A stretch of 64,000 nucleotides of DNA from Macrostomum hystrix (lineage: Eukaryota > Animalia > Platyhelminthes), in contig CATNEN010000039.1 in the NCBI GenBank assembly GCA_950097015.1, positions 20,274,001 to 20,338,000 of the forward strand. Direction: 5' to 3'. Shown in pieces: positions 26,570 through 38,811 of the stretch. Every line of letters begins with the position of its first letter. The stretch's first letter is position 1. Both the position numbers and the translations under genes were made by a program. A model generated the notes under the pieces. It made no database searches. It was given only the letters and a program-made list of their open reading frames with translations, and was not told the DNA's origin.

Positions 26570-27435
26570 TGAGGACACCTTCCATGGATTTGAAAGACGC
26601 CACCATCGACTTGGGCATGAGACGCGACCATTGACTTGGGGGTGAGACGCCACCATGGATTCGGAGAGCGTCACCATGATTCGGTGAACGTCACTATGGA
26701 TTCGGAGGACGTCACCATGGATTCGGAGGACGTCACCATGATTCGGTGAACGTCACTATGGATTCGGAGGACGTCACCATGGATTCGGAGGACGTCACCA
26801 TGATTCGGTGAACGTCACTATGGATTCGGAGGACGTCACCATGGATTCGGAGGACGTCACCATGATTCGGTGAACGTCACTATGGATTCGGAGGACGTCA
26901 CCATGGATTCGGAGGACGTCACCATGATTCGGTGAACGTCACTATGGATTCGGAGGACGTCACCATGGATTCGGAGGACGTCACTATGGATTCGGAGGAC
27001 GTCACTATGGATTCGGAGGACGTCACCATGGATTCGGAGGACGTCACCATGATTCGGTGAACGTCACTATGGATTCGGAGGACGTCACCATGGATTCGGA
27101 GGACGTCACCATGATTCGGTGAACGTCACTATGGATTCGGAGGACGTCACCATGGATTCGGAGGACGTCACCATGATTCGGTGAACGTCACTATGGATTC
27201 GGAGGACGTCACCATGGATTCGGAGGACGTCACTATGGATTCGGAGGACGTCACCATGGATTCGGAGGACGTCACCATGGATTCGGAGGACGTCACCTGG
27301 ATTCAGAATACGTCACCATGGATTCGTAGAACGTCAACATGGATTCGTAGAACGTCAACATGGATTCGCAGGACGTCACCATGGGTTCGGAGGACGTCAC
27401 CATGGATTCGAGGTGTCGCACCACCATGGATTTAA
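26570..27435. repeat. 21-bp minisatellite (ATGGATTCGGAGGACGTCACC) with a 62-bp (21+21+20) higher-order unit
   Basis: Tandem periodicity with degenerate edges. Confidence 0.93.
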
Positions 27436-28319
27436 GACGGATATTCGAGGAGCGCCCCTGTCGTTCTTCAAGTGATTAAACAGCCGGGCCTGGGCCACGT
27501 AATTAATCGCTGCAACACCACAGGAGCGCTACATGATTCCAGATCTATAGTGAGTCGATACCAATAGCAAATTGTCCGCTTGACAGGAGCAGGACCCCCT
27601 CCATGTTGGTTTTCAGTGCTCAGCGGACCTGGTGAAATCCAATTTCCTTTTTTCTCGCCGTGGCGTGAAACACACAAAGGGATTGGGGTGAGAGAGACAC
27701 ACAGGCGGAGCTGGGAGGGCCACAGTTCCGAGAAAAGACAAAGGGTAAAGGAGGAAGACGACGGATACAAGGGACAAGCCAAGCGGAGGAAAAGCGAGGA
27801 TTTCAGTTGAACATGTAATAAAGAGAGAATGAAATACTGTAGAGGTTGACTAGGCCTGTCCCGTCTCTGTCTTAGAATATCACTATATTTTTATCTGCAG
27901 CAAAATTTCAATATCACGGCTTACGACTAGCCAACATGAATATTTTGCGTGTAATTTGGGGAAAATCACCTGCACCTTTCCGGACAGTGATCTTTCCAAA
28001 AAGAAAAAAAATCATCAAAAGGATTTCTTATCGGACAAGGCTTAGAAATACCCGTGCAGTGTTTCTATTTAAATTAAGAAGTACTTTATTTACAGTTTGA
28101 CAACTAAAAGATCGTTTCTTGTACGAGTAACTTGAAGCTTCACCGAGGCTCGAATAATTTTGCTTGGACCGAATGACGTTGCGGAGATAAGCCAAACTCA
28201 AAGATTTGAAATTTCATCTGGATGAGGATCGAGTTACGTTTTTCTGTGATGTGATCTTATTAATGCAGAGGCGAAATTTTAGAAGAGGGCTCGAAAACTT
28301 TACAGGACAGAAAACATCA

Positions 28320-28742
28320 AAAGTTCGAAGCGCCACAAGCTCAAAACGTCACGAGCTCAATGCTTTATACAAGCTCGAAAAATAATGAGCTCGAACTATC
28401 AAGAGCTCGAAGCGTCACAATCTCGAAACGTCACGAGCTCAAAACGCTAGAAGCTCGAAACGTCACGAGTTCGAAACGTCACAAGCTCGAAAGGGCACAT
28501 CTCGAAGCGTCAAACTTGAAGCTTCACAAGCTCGAAGCGTCACAAGCTCGAAGCTTCACAAGCTCGAAGCTTCACAAGCTCGAAGCGTCACAAGCTCGAA
28601 GCGTCACAAGCTCGAAGCTTCACAAGCTCGAAGCGTCACAAGCTTGAAGCGTCACAAGCTCGAAGCTTCACAAGCTCGAAGTTTCACGAGCTCGAAGCGT
28701 CACAAGCTCGAAGCATCACAAGCTCGAAGCATCACAAGCATA
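28320..28742. repeat. 16-bp minisatellite (CACAAGCTCGAAGCGT)
   Basis: Tandem periodicity. Confidence 0.9.
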
Positions 28743-29569
28743 TTAGTATCACAAGCAAATAAATTCAGGCTTCAAACTAACGAGATTGAAAACTTCACTA
28801 ACTTAGAGCTCGAAGGGTTCAGAGCACTATATATACGAGTATTTAATAATTCGGTCTCCCTTGAACTCTTTCCACTCCAGTTTTTCGTTGAAGATTTCAT
28901 TAACCCAAAAACTGACTGCATGTTTACTTATTTGGTTCTCCCGAGGGAAAATGTTTTTTCCAATGATTGGAAATCAGCCAAAGGGGGTTGGAATATTACG
29001 AGCTAGAAAAATATTGTGCTCGCAGTTCATTTCGACGAATGAAGGAAGTAAGTCACTGAGACCGGTGGGTTGGGATCAGTTATAATTGCGTTGGTGCGCC
29101 AAGTCAAAGCTCCAAGCGCTCGTGTATTTATGACAGGCTCGATCTATACTATAATATTATACATAACTAAGGTATGATAAATGCCTCCATGCATAACAGA
29201 AGCCGATCGATCAATCCGGGTGTATTATAGTAAGGATCAGAGAGACGAAAGTAATAGTAGTGGCTAAGGAGAATATACGATATAGGAATAAATAGCAAAG
29301 TTATCAAATCCACCGACTTCTGTGCGAGAAAAAAACGGTGAGAAGACGACAGATTCAAACCGAATGCGCCAAGATTTATAGCGATACAGGACCGAAGCGT
29401 TCGTTTAGTTTGTACATCTTTTAAACGCAGTTTTCTGCGTTTTTTATTTCAGTCTTAAGGTCACTGGTCTCGTGATGGTTTGTGCTTTACAGTATTGTGA
29501 AGAATTTAATTCTTGTCAATTGGCGAGACAAAGGCGAGACCGCGAGTACTGAAAGCACAATTTGGCGGC

Positions 29570-29685
29570 CCTCGCAATCACATAGCTCAGAATCAATCAC
29601 AGGGATGTGTAGATATGCTCTGACATCATACACCTTCTTGGGTTGGCCCTCAAGAGTGTAAATTGCACGACAAGCCAACAAGCTT
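29570..29685 (-). mobile_element. SINE family 1 fragment
   Basis: GGTTGGCCCTCAAGAGTGTAAATTGCACGACAAGCC. Confidence 0.6.
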
Positions 29686-31014
29686 AATTTAAGCCGACAT
29701 AGCCTAAAGTTAAATTACTTATAATAGTCGATCGCGTATTATATACAGCTAATCAAATGGGTAAATACAGTAACACTGTGGGAATCTAACTGTTCATTTT
29801 ATACGGTTGAGCATAACGAACAGCAGAACGTAAGGCAAATGTATAAGACAAGAATGATCAAGGACCACCTCTAAGTAGCTAGCTTTACATTAGTAAAGTC
29901 TACTTTAGTAGTCTTTGACAAAGATTCTGATCCTTGATTGAATTTCATTATAGGCAGAAAAATGCCAGTTAACTTAATAATCCAATAATCAGTTTATAAA
30001 CACGAACGCATAAATATATTAAGCCTTCTTAAATGATCTAATATCATTATGATATTCATTTCGTGTTATATACTGAATGCCTAATAAGCAGCAGCGGCAG
30101 GCTAGTACACCATATAAAATTGGTAAAGTGCAATTACTTTCTTCCGAATTGCAGGCGGGTAAAATGTCCTACTACTTCACAGCAGCCAACACAGGCTCGT
30201 TTACACACACGCCTGCAGCCTTCCCATAGAATATTGGCACTGCTGCACAGCCTACAGGCTATATACTTTAGCCGCGAACTGTACCCCTCTGTTTGGCTGT
30301 TACACGGCCGAAAAGCAAGCCAGCTACATGTAAGTAATACCTGTACAAGTACACAAATGAATCCTGCAACGACAAGGCCAGCTAGGGGAGAGTGGTAAAC
30401 AAAATGTCGCCATCAATTCGCAACTACATACAGCTCCGTCCTTTGTTACCATTTCTTCAGCGTCAGTTTTTAGTACTATGCTGGCATTCGCGCATGAAGA
30501 AACGGATAGGCCGCAGAATTACTTTACTTGCACGCGCTGACTTAGTTTTTTCACAGCGAACGGAATGCTAATTCAAAATGAACTTTTTCTTTAAGTTGTA
30601 ATTGCTGAACATCCATCGGCGAGCTATAGCTATATACGCTTGTAGAAGGCTTGGATCCTTGCCCAAGTATCATTACATAATATTTTTTGTGTTTTGAAAA
30701 GAAAGCAAATACTTAGGAAAATAGGCAGAAAAAATATTTTTCAGGATAGCTTACACTTAAACACTGATTCAAGCTAGAACATTTACTTTATTTTGCACTT
30801 AAAGCATTGTAAATGTATAATTGACATACTAAATGACAAATAAGTTAGTACATAACAACAATAGTACAAACGCCGACACATAGGGCCAGATAGATAAAGT
30901 GATAGTTAGGAATTTTTTCAGGTCAAAGTTATTAGCAATGGGCATCCGGTCTAGCACGGGACACTTTCAGCCATTTAACAGTAGAAAGTGCACGGGGTCG
31001 GTGCACTTTCAATA

Positions 31015-31965
31015 CAGGGTCGGCAAACTTATTAGCTAGTGGGCCAAAAAGAGAACCTAAAAGGCGGCAGCGGGCCGCATTGACTGTAGAAAGATGAGAT
31101 AGGGGAGAGATGAGGCACGGGAGAAACGAGAATGAGGAGAGACGAGACAGCGGAGAGATGAGACTGAGGAGAGATGAGACAGCGGAGAGATGAGACTGAG
31201 GAGAGATGAGACAGCGGAGAGATGAGACTGAGGAGAGATGAGACAGCGGAGAGACGAGACAGAGGAGAGATGAGACTGAGGAGAGATGAGACTGAGGAGA
31301 GATGAGACTGAGGAGAGATGAGACTGAGGAGAGATGAGACTGAGGAGAGATGAGACTGAGGAGAGATGAGACAGCGGAGAGACGAGACAGAGGAGAGATG
31401 AGACAGCGGAGAGATGAGACTGAGGAGAAATGAGATATGGGAGAGCGGAGAGACGAGACAGGAGAGATGAGACAGCGGAGAGATGAGACTGAGGAGAGAT
31501 GAGACATGGGAGAGATGAGACTGAGGAGAGATGAGACAGCGGAGAGACGAGACAGCGGAGAGATGATACACGGGAGAGACGAGACAGCGGAGAGATGATA
31601 CACGGGAGAGACGAGACTGAGGAGAGATGAGACATGGGAGAGACGAGACTGAGGAGAGATGAGACATGGGAGAGATGAGACTGAGGAGAGATGAGACATG
31701 GGAGAGACGAGACTGAGGAGAGATGAGACATGGGAGAGATGAGACTGAGGAGAGATGAGACATGGGAGAGACGAAACTGAGGAGAGATGAGACACGGGAG
31801 AGACGAGACATGGGAGAGATGAGACACGGAAGAGACGAGACAGGGGAAAGATGAAACTGGGGAAAAATTAAACAGGATACTGTAGGTGTCGGTAGGGGCA
31901 ACGGGCCGGATTTGAGAGCTTCGAGGGCCGCATCTGGCCCGCGGGCCGAAGTTTGCCGACCCCTG
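31015..31965 (-). mobile_element. hAT-Charlie-type MITE with an internal 16-bp array (GAGATGAGACTGAGGA, about 31090-31860)
   Basis: TIRs CAGGG(G)TCGGCAAAC and subterminal GGCCCGCGGGCC, typical of MER58/Charlie-like ends. TSD not recognisable. Confidence 0.8.
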
Positions 31966-31984
31966 GATACAGTTTTTCACATTG

Positions 31985-32250
31985 TTTTCTGTATCTCCCA
32001 AAATATTCAACCCGTCGCCATGAAAATCCGGAACACGGGCTAGCATTTTCAGCTCTATCCGATGAAACAACTTGCAGAATCACAAATCATCGGCATCGTC
32101 GAGATTTTCAACGATTCTCGTCGGGGTGTCTGGTGGCAAAGAGCACCAATGCAGGCATTGGCGCCTGTATTCTGCTCATATTCTGCTCACGAAATTTCAT
32201 AATGTAACTATGCCGGCTTTTATCGTTGATTAAAATTTATAGATTATATT
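31985..32250. repeat. Unclassified dispersed repeat (second copy about 36520-36710)
   Basis: CGATGAAACAACTT.CAGAAT.AC.AA.CATCGGC.TCGTCGAG...GGTGGCAAA is present at both loci. Confidence 0.6.
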
Positions 32251-32652
32251 GTTAAATGTTTATTGTAAAAAACGATTTGGATTCGCCAGAGGTTTTGTAC
32301 AGTTTATACCTTGTCACCAGGGTCTTCGACAAGAATCGCGGAATATCTCGTCTACGCTAACTTGGACGGCATTGAAAGTTAGTTCATCCTTAAGGCGGAA
32401 TTTCGATCCATATGGTAGACTTTCACGAAAATCGATAATTCGGTTTGGGAGCCATCGTGAAGTAGGCAGTGGGTATTTGAAATACCTCCGTGGTGTTTCT
32501 CTTTCCGATGAATAAAAATTGCGCGGTCGTTCTGTCTGCCAAGCAAAAGTAGATCTTATACTGCACAAACGTGACAAATGATGACAATGATAAAAAAACC
32601 ATGCAAATTTCACATTTACGTTAACTGAGTAATTCACAATCGGTACAAAAAA

Positions 32653-35600
32653 CTACTGAGGAACCTCAAACGGTGTCTCCTCCTTCTGCCCGATGGTCCT
32701 ATCGGCGAAGCGAAGTCGCATGAAAAAATTGCCGCCTCTCTCCAATTGACCCAATCCGACCAGTTCCCGATTGTTGCTAAGCACCAGAGCCTCGGTAGCC
32801 AGAATTTCATCGGGCCACTGCACCATACCACCGGAGGTCTTGTCGGCTGCCCGAGCATTGCTAAATCTCAGTGTTGACGTTGGCAACGGACAGTGGGCCT
32901 CTTCGAATACGCGGCGAAGTTGGTGCTCCTGTGTTGGGCAATTGTTGTGGCTACATAAATCCTAAATACAAAAGAGCCTTGAAGAATAAACTGTACAATT
33001 CCAAAGATTTAAACTGACACAAATCCTAAGATTTAGTGATTTAAACTGACACAAATCCTAAGATTTAGTGATTTAAACTGACACAAATCCTAAGATTTAG
33101 TGATTAAAACTGACACAAATCCTAAGATTTAGTGCTTAAACTGACGGAAATCCCATGATTTAGTGATTTAGCCGACACAAATCCCATGATTTAGTGATTT
33201 AGCTGACACAAATCCCATTTAGTGATTTAACTGACCCAAATCCCATGATTTAGTGATTTAGCTGACACAAATCCCATGATTTAGTGATTTAACTGACAGA
33301 AATCCCATGATTTAGTGATTTAACTGACAGAAATCCCATGATTTAGTGATTTAGCTGACACAAATCAAAAGATTTAGTGATTTAACTCACACAAATCAAA
33401 AGATTTAATAATCTAATCTAAATATCTAGACTTGGTTTAAATATTAAAAAACGCAACATATTCTAAACTTTGAAATATTAAGTATTTCATTATTACAAAG
33501 TAATAACGAAAGCAGCCTGACTGCTGCGCGTGGACTTGAGGCTGCGTCGCCGCAATGCGCGGATTTTCTGTGCGTACGCTCCCACAGCTGCCCATCAGCA
33601 GGAGGCGCAGGAATTCTTCGAGTTCCTGTCGGAGCAGCTCGAGATGGTGGCGCACCGCGACATTGTGGTGGTGCTTTGTGACCTCAATGCCGTAGCACCG
33701 TGGTCCCAGCGCTGCCCGTTTGTTTCGCCACGCCAGAACGCCAACACCGCCGCGCTAGCGGACCTGATGGCGAGGCTCGACCTGGTGTCAGCTAACACGC
33801 GCTTCCGCAAACCGCCCAACCGACCTTCGCCAGCTGCAAACGAAGTAGGCGGAACGCGCGAGGCCGATTCACCAGGACCCGCTTGGCGCAGCTCGACCAC
33901 GTGCTGATTCGCCATCGCGAAAGCAGCCGGCTGCAGAACTGCGACACAATGGAACCCCTGGCTGTCCATCCGACCATCGCCTGCTCAACTGCGACCTGAG
34001 GCTCTCTGATCCGCTGTACAGACCACCAAAACGCCTTAGGAGAAGGTACTCGTACTTCCGCAGCAGGTTTGCGTACGCCTTTGCGACCACCCTGGGATCA
34101 GCGCAGGCGCCGGACTACAGCACAATCAGCTCAGCCATCGCCACTGCCGCTGCCAAGACTCTGCCGCTTATGGAGCCCGCGTCACGGCAACTTCCAGTTT
34201 GGGCGAGCGACCTGGAGGTCCGTGAGGCCCGCCGCACTGTCGAGCAGCTGCGGCGTGCTAGGCGACCGACATCTGATGCCGAGAAGGCCTTGGCAGACGC
34301 CTACGCAAGTCGACAGAAAGCCGCTGTTGACGACGCGATCCGGGCTGTCACCTCTGTCGGGCCTGAACGGCAGAACAGGCTCGTCTGACCGGTTGTGAAA
34401 GCCCTCACCGGTCGCAAAAAAAGGCGGTGCTCAACCTGGCTGGTGACACTGTCGAGGAGCGCAGAAACAAGCTGCGCACTTTCTTCGCCGCCATAGTCAA
34501 AGCGCCGCCGCCGACTCTGCCGAACGAGATGCCGCTGCCCCCGAGGTGGCGCTGCCGCGGCAGTAGGACTTCGACACAAGTCCAGTGACCAGCATCGACA
34601 TCGTGGAGTTCGCCCGCAGGGCACCGGGAGGCCGCGCCCCCGGTCTGGACGAGGTCCCCGTCGAGGCGCTGCGAGTCACAAGGGTTGCCACTGAGGTGGC
34701 CCGCGTGATGAATGGCGTCCTGGCGGGAGGCCCTGCGCCCCGCGAGTGGATCCAAGTTACCATCGTCGGCATTCCGAAGAAGCCGGGCACTACGCGGAAG
34801 GAGGAGCATCGCGGGATCTCGCTCATGTCCTGTGCCGCGAAGCTGTTTAACCGGGCGCTGTTAGCCCGGTTACAGCCTGTGCTGGACTCGTTTCTGCGGT
34901 ACGAGCAGAAACGAGTGCGGTTCCCCGTCGCGGCACGGTGCACTAACTCCGGAGTGCTGCAGGGTGACACTGGCGCCCTTTCTCTTCGTGCTGGTGATGG
35001 ACTGGGTGCTCAGGACCGGCCTGCCGACTGCAGAGGACGGTTTTCTGCTTCAAAGGCGCAGCACTATTCGACGGCACCCGGAGAAGAAGCTGTCTGTCCT
35101 CGGCTACGCGGACGACCTCACCCTGCTGTATACGACGGCCGAAGGCGCCCAACGGCTGGTGGACGGCCTGAGTGCGGCGGCGGCGAGGGTCAGCTATCAA
35201 CGCCAGAAAGACCTAGGTGCTGAAGGCGCCGCATAACCTACCTGCCGATATTCTACTACGAGACGGTGACGGCCCCCGGGACCGCGCTCCCGAAGTGCCG
35301 TCAGTTCGTCTACCTCGGCGGACTGGTGCCTGACGTGGGCCGCCTTCCGTTCTGTGCGGGCGGTGCTGCTCTCTGAGGCCCTGTCGAACGGCGCCAGGTC
35401 CCAGCTGTCGAGACCGCCCTGTTGTACAATGCTGAGACCTGGACGATGACCGGGGCGCTCGAGGCGCAGCTCGACGCGGCGCATGCGGCCCTAGTTCGCA
35501 CCGCTTTCGGTGCCCGCCGCGGCCTTAGCAGCGAGACAACGAGTCCCTTTACCAGCGTGCGTGCCTAACGCGGCCTTCTGTCCTGCTGAGTCAGCGGCGC

Positions 35601-38148
35601 TTGTGGCTGGCCGGGCATGTCATCTGAGCCGAAGCCTACTGCCCAGAGCCGCTGCAGGATGTCCTGCTGTGGACCTCGTAGGGACCGCGCAGGCGTGGCC
35701 AGGTACGATCAACCCGCTATGTCGACCGTCTTTTTGAAGACGCGCGAGCACCCAGCCAGGCGGCCGGTGTGAAGCATGTTAGAGACCTGGCTCTGAAACG
35801 CGTGATTTGACGCTCCCCCCTCTTGGCCACTTCTGTGGTCGGCGTGGGGCGTAACTACTATTATTATAATTACTAATAAACCCCGGACTTACTTGAATGC
35901 CAGGCGGACAGTTCCAATAGTACAGGGTGCGGAATGGTGGCATGGGCCTATTGCTAGCAGCCTGACGTGGGTTTGTAAACCGATTATTCAGACTGTCCGA
36001 ATAGTCGACAAATCCTGAGCTCTTGTCAGCCAGGGCTCGATCCAAAGCCACACCGGGCGGCACAGCTTCGCGAGACAGCCGGGCCAGAGGCGTCGGCGAT
36101 ACAACCAGTCGAGCGCCGAACATCCTGGCACCGTCTAGCAGGTTGCCGATTCGGCAGGCGGACGCAACGTCACCAACTTCAACGAATGCGCCAATGAGTG
36201 GACCAGGCGGGGGAACTGGCTGGTCAGCTGGCAGAGGCTGATTGGGCGGCCTGGCTAGCAGGCAGACACGCATCACGTTGCCGTACAGGCACAGCAGGTT
36301 GAACAGCCTGTCGCAGGTGAACACGCCGGAGTCCAGGCCAGACAGCAGCAGCACCGGGGTGACACGGCTAGGCGGACCGCCGACGCCAACGCCGACTGGT
36401 TCGCGGGTGAAGTCCCAGGCGTCGTCGGTGTTGCGCACAATGGTCAGCTCGGTGGGCAGGGCAAAGTCTACCTGACAGGCGAGGATGTTAAAAAGTAGAA
36501 GCGATAATACTCACATCATTCTTTTCTGCATATCTCAAAATCAACAAAAATTTTCCGCAATACACGATGAAACAACTTTCAGAATAACTAAACATCGGCG
36601 TCGTCGAGGTGCCATGGTGGCAAAAACTACCAATATAAACACAAAATCGTGTAACCACGTCGACTAATGTTATTGATAATATATAATTTATTAAACTGTT
36701 AGTCATGGTATAATTGAAGAATATATTGCTCCATGAATAACTGGAAGATACTGAGTGGTCTTTTAACTTAAAAATTAATAGCAGCCAGCAGCCATCAATA
36801 TCCGAAGGCTGCGTACGGCTGTTCAGTCTATGGACTGGGGGGACGCCACACCCACCTTCAATTATTCCAGCTAATGCAGATAACCATTTAACAGCTGGGT
36901 GAACTGAAGCAATTCAGAGTTAATTGTCTTGCTAAAGGACACAAATTGTTTCAGTGGAGTCGGGAATCGAACCCTCGACCTTCAAGTCGTGAGTCCGAAG
37001 CTCTAACCACTTGGCTACAACCTCATTCTATCTAAGATCTATTAGACTATAAAATAACAAGCTCTAAAACTTACTTTAATAGTGCAACAGCCGTCAAAGA
37101 TGTCCAAACCGTTTAGTCGGGCCTTAGCAACAACGGCCTCCTCGAAATTGGCAAACTCAACTAGTGCGTGCAGATGCTTGTTTGGACCTTTGCGAAACAT
37201 GACAGCTCGGCAAACTCGACCGAACTTGGAGCAGGCAGCGTACAGTGCTTCCATAGTGACTAGGGGAGCCTCTTCTCTATAGAACACTAGCAGCAGCACT
37301 CGATTAGGCCTAGGAAAGCCTTCGCCGCGATGCATAATGCGATGCATGGAGGACTCGCCGACTGAAATACCGCCCAGGGCTCCGGACCTGGCAAATCAAC
37401 AAAATGAGAGGTCGTGGGTTCGAATCCGAAATTTTAATCCTCGAGTTTACACTTAACTCCTTTTACTGCCATTAGAGATGAAAAAACTGTGATTCTGCAA
37501 CAGTGACGCTTAAATAAGTCAAGTTGAAATGTTCGCTAAAGCTACTAAGAGGTAAGTAGTTTAAACGAAAACTACTATATATTTTTAACGTGTCTCCTTG
37601 GCAGTGGATACACAGTAACCCAAAATGGTTTCTAAAACAGCCAACCCAACTCACTTATTGAGCTCGACAGCCCTAACAACAGATTGGGCCTCTTTAAACT
37701 CGATTAGTGCGCGAAACTTGTGCGGCATAGTCCAGATGCGGTTCACTGAGCCGATACGGCCGAAGGCATCCAATAAGTCAGCCTCCGACGTGTTGGCCGG
37801 TATGTCGCTAACAACAATGACTAGAGAGGCCCGGTTGTCGTCAGGCTGAGCTAGATTCTGCTGGCGATGATGCGGCGGCGGACGACGGCGCTGTTGGTCG
37901 TTGTCTTCGAAGTGCGACTCGTCCTCCTCGGAAGGCGGCGCATCGCCGATGCTGCGCTGATTGTAATGATCGGCGTATGGCGCCATCGTGCCTCCGCGGC
38001 TGACTCCACGGCCTCCGCCTCGACCTCTGCCGAAGCCGCGACTTGACGGCGGATGCGGCCCGCCTCTGGGCATGCCGCCGCGCGAACGACCTCCGCGTGG
38101 CGGCGGAGGGCCACCGCTGCCTCTGAAACTGGGGCCGCCACGACCTGC
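32653..38148 (-). CDS. HNRNPL: hnRNP L-like (PTB/hnRNP L family) 4-RRM RNA-binding protein with RGG-rich N-terminus, about 553 aa from the acceptor; start codon uncertain
   Basis: Exons 38148-37655, 37387-37075, 36471-35893 and 32928-32653 with consistent phases. Motifs PNRVLLL, LNGLDIFDGCCTIKVDFA, DAWDFT, CDRLFNLLCLYGNVMRV, NNRFT and TLYYWNCPP. The first internal ATG is at 38073. Confidence 0.88.
33006..33410. repeat. 31-32-bp minisatellite (GATTTAAACTGACACAAATCCTAAGATTTAGT), intronic
   Basis: Tandem periodicity. Confidence 0.9.
33505..35880 (+). mobile_element. Decayed, 5'-truncated RTE-like LINE in the last hnRNP L intron (antisense)
   Basis: APE motifs CAYAPT, VLCDLNA, QLDHVL and SDHR; RT motifs APGLD, RGISLMSCAAKLFNR, GVLQGDTLAPFLF and YADDL. 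Frameshifts, a deletion near 34910, and a (TTA/TAA)-rich tail. Confidence 0.9.
36780..37024 (-). mobile_element. tRNA-derived SINE family 2
   Basis: Minus-strand TAGCCAAGTGG and GGTTCGATTCCC boxes, CORE-like block, homologous to 13293-13506. Confidence 0.85.
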
Positions 38149-38176
38149 CTGCGGGTGTGCGCGCGCGTGGCTTTTA

Positions 38177-38430
38177 GTGTGACTGAATGATGCCTGAAGA
38201 TGTGACTGAATGAGGCCTGGGGGTGTGACTGAGTGAAGCCTAGGGGTGTGACTAAATGAGGCCTGAAGGTGTGACTGAATGAGGCCTGAAGGTGTGACTG
38301 AATGAGGCCTGAGGATATGACTACATAAGGCTCGAGGATGTGACTGAATGAGGCCTGAGGGTGTGCCTGAATGAGGCCTGAGGGAGTTACTTAATGAGGC
38401 CTGAGGGAGTGACTGAATGGCCTGAAGGAG
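38177..38430. repeat. 23-bp minisatellite (GTGTGACTGAATGAGGCCTGAAG) between SWEET and hnRNP L
   Basis: Tandem periodicity. Confidence 0.88.
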
Positions 38431-38811
38431 GTCGAAATCTAAAAAAGTATTACCCTGTTGTGAAAAAAAAACAGTAGAAATAAAAAGTGAGTAATTCTCA
38501 ACTGGAGAATAAAATATTTAAATTCACAGAAAAACTACTATATTTTGTGACTCGAATATGGAATCAAAAATTTGAAATTTATCGCATTTTCTGCAGAAAT
38601 TTAACGCAATAACAAACTTGAATCAAAAACATATAATAAAAGCTAACCCTGTTTGAGGATAATAGAATGCCTAATCAAAGAACTAATTATACTAAAATCA
38701 CTAACAAAGGCACTTCGTTCAAAGCAGTAAAAGTACACAATGAATATCGATAGACTATTTTTTACGGTAGCATAAAATTAATTTTGTTATGATTCACTAA
38801 AAACAGTAAAA

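Noticed and set aside
26570-27435. CRISPR-like array
   Set aside because: No unique spacers and no cas genes; the context is eukaryotic.
36955-37024. tRNA genes (also 13293 and 45580-45652)
   Set aside because: The acceptor stems pair poorly and the sequence continues into a shared SINE body.
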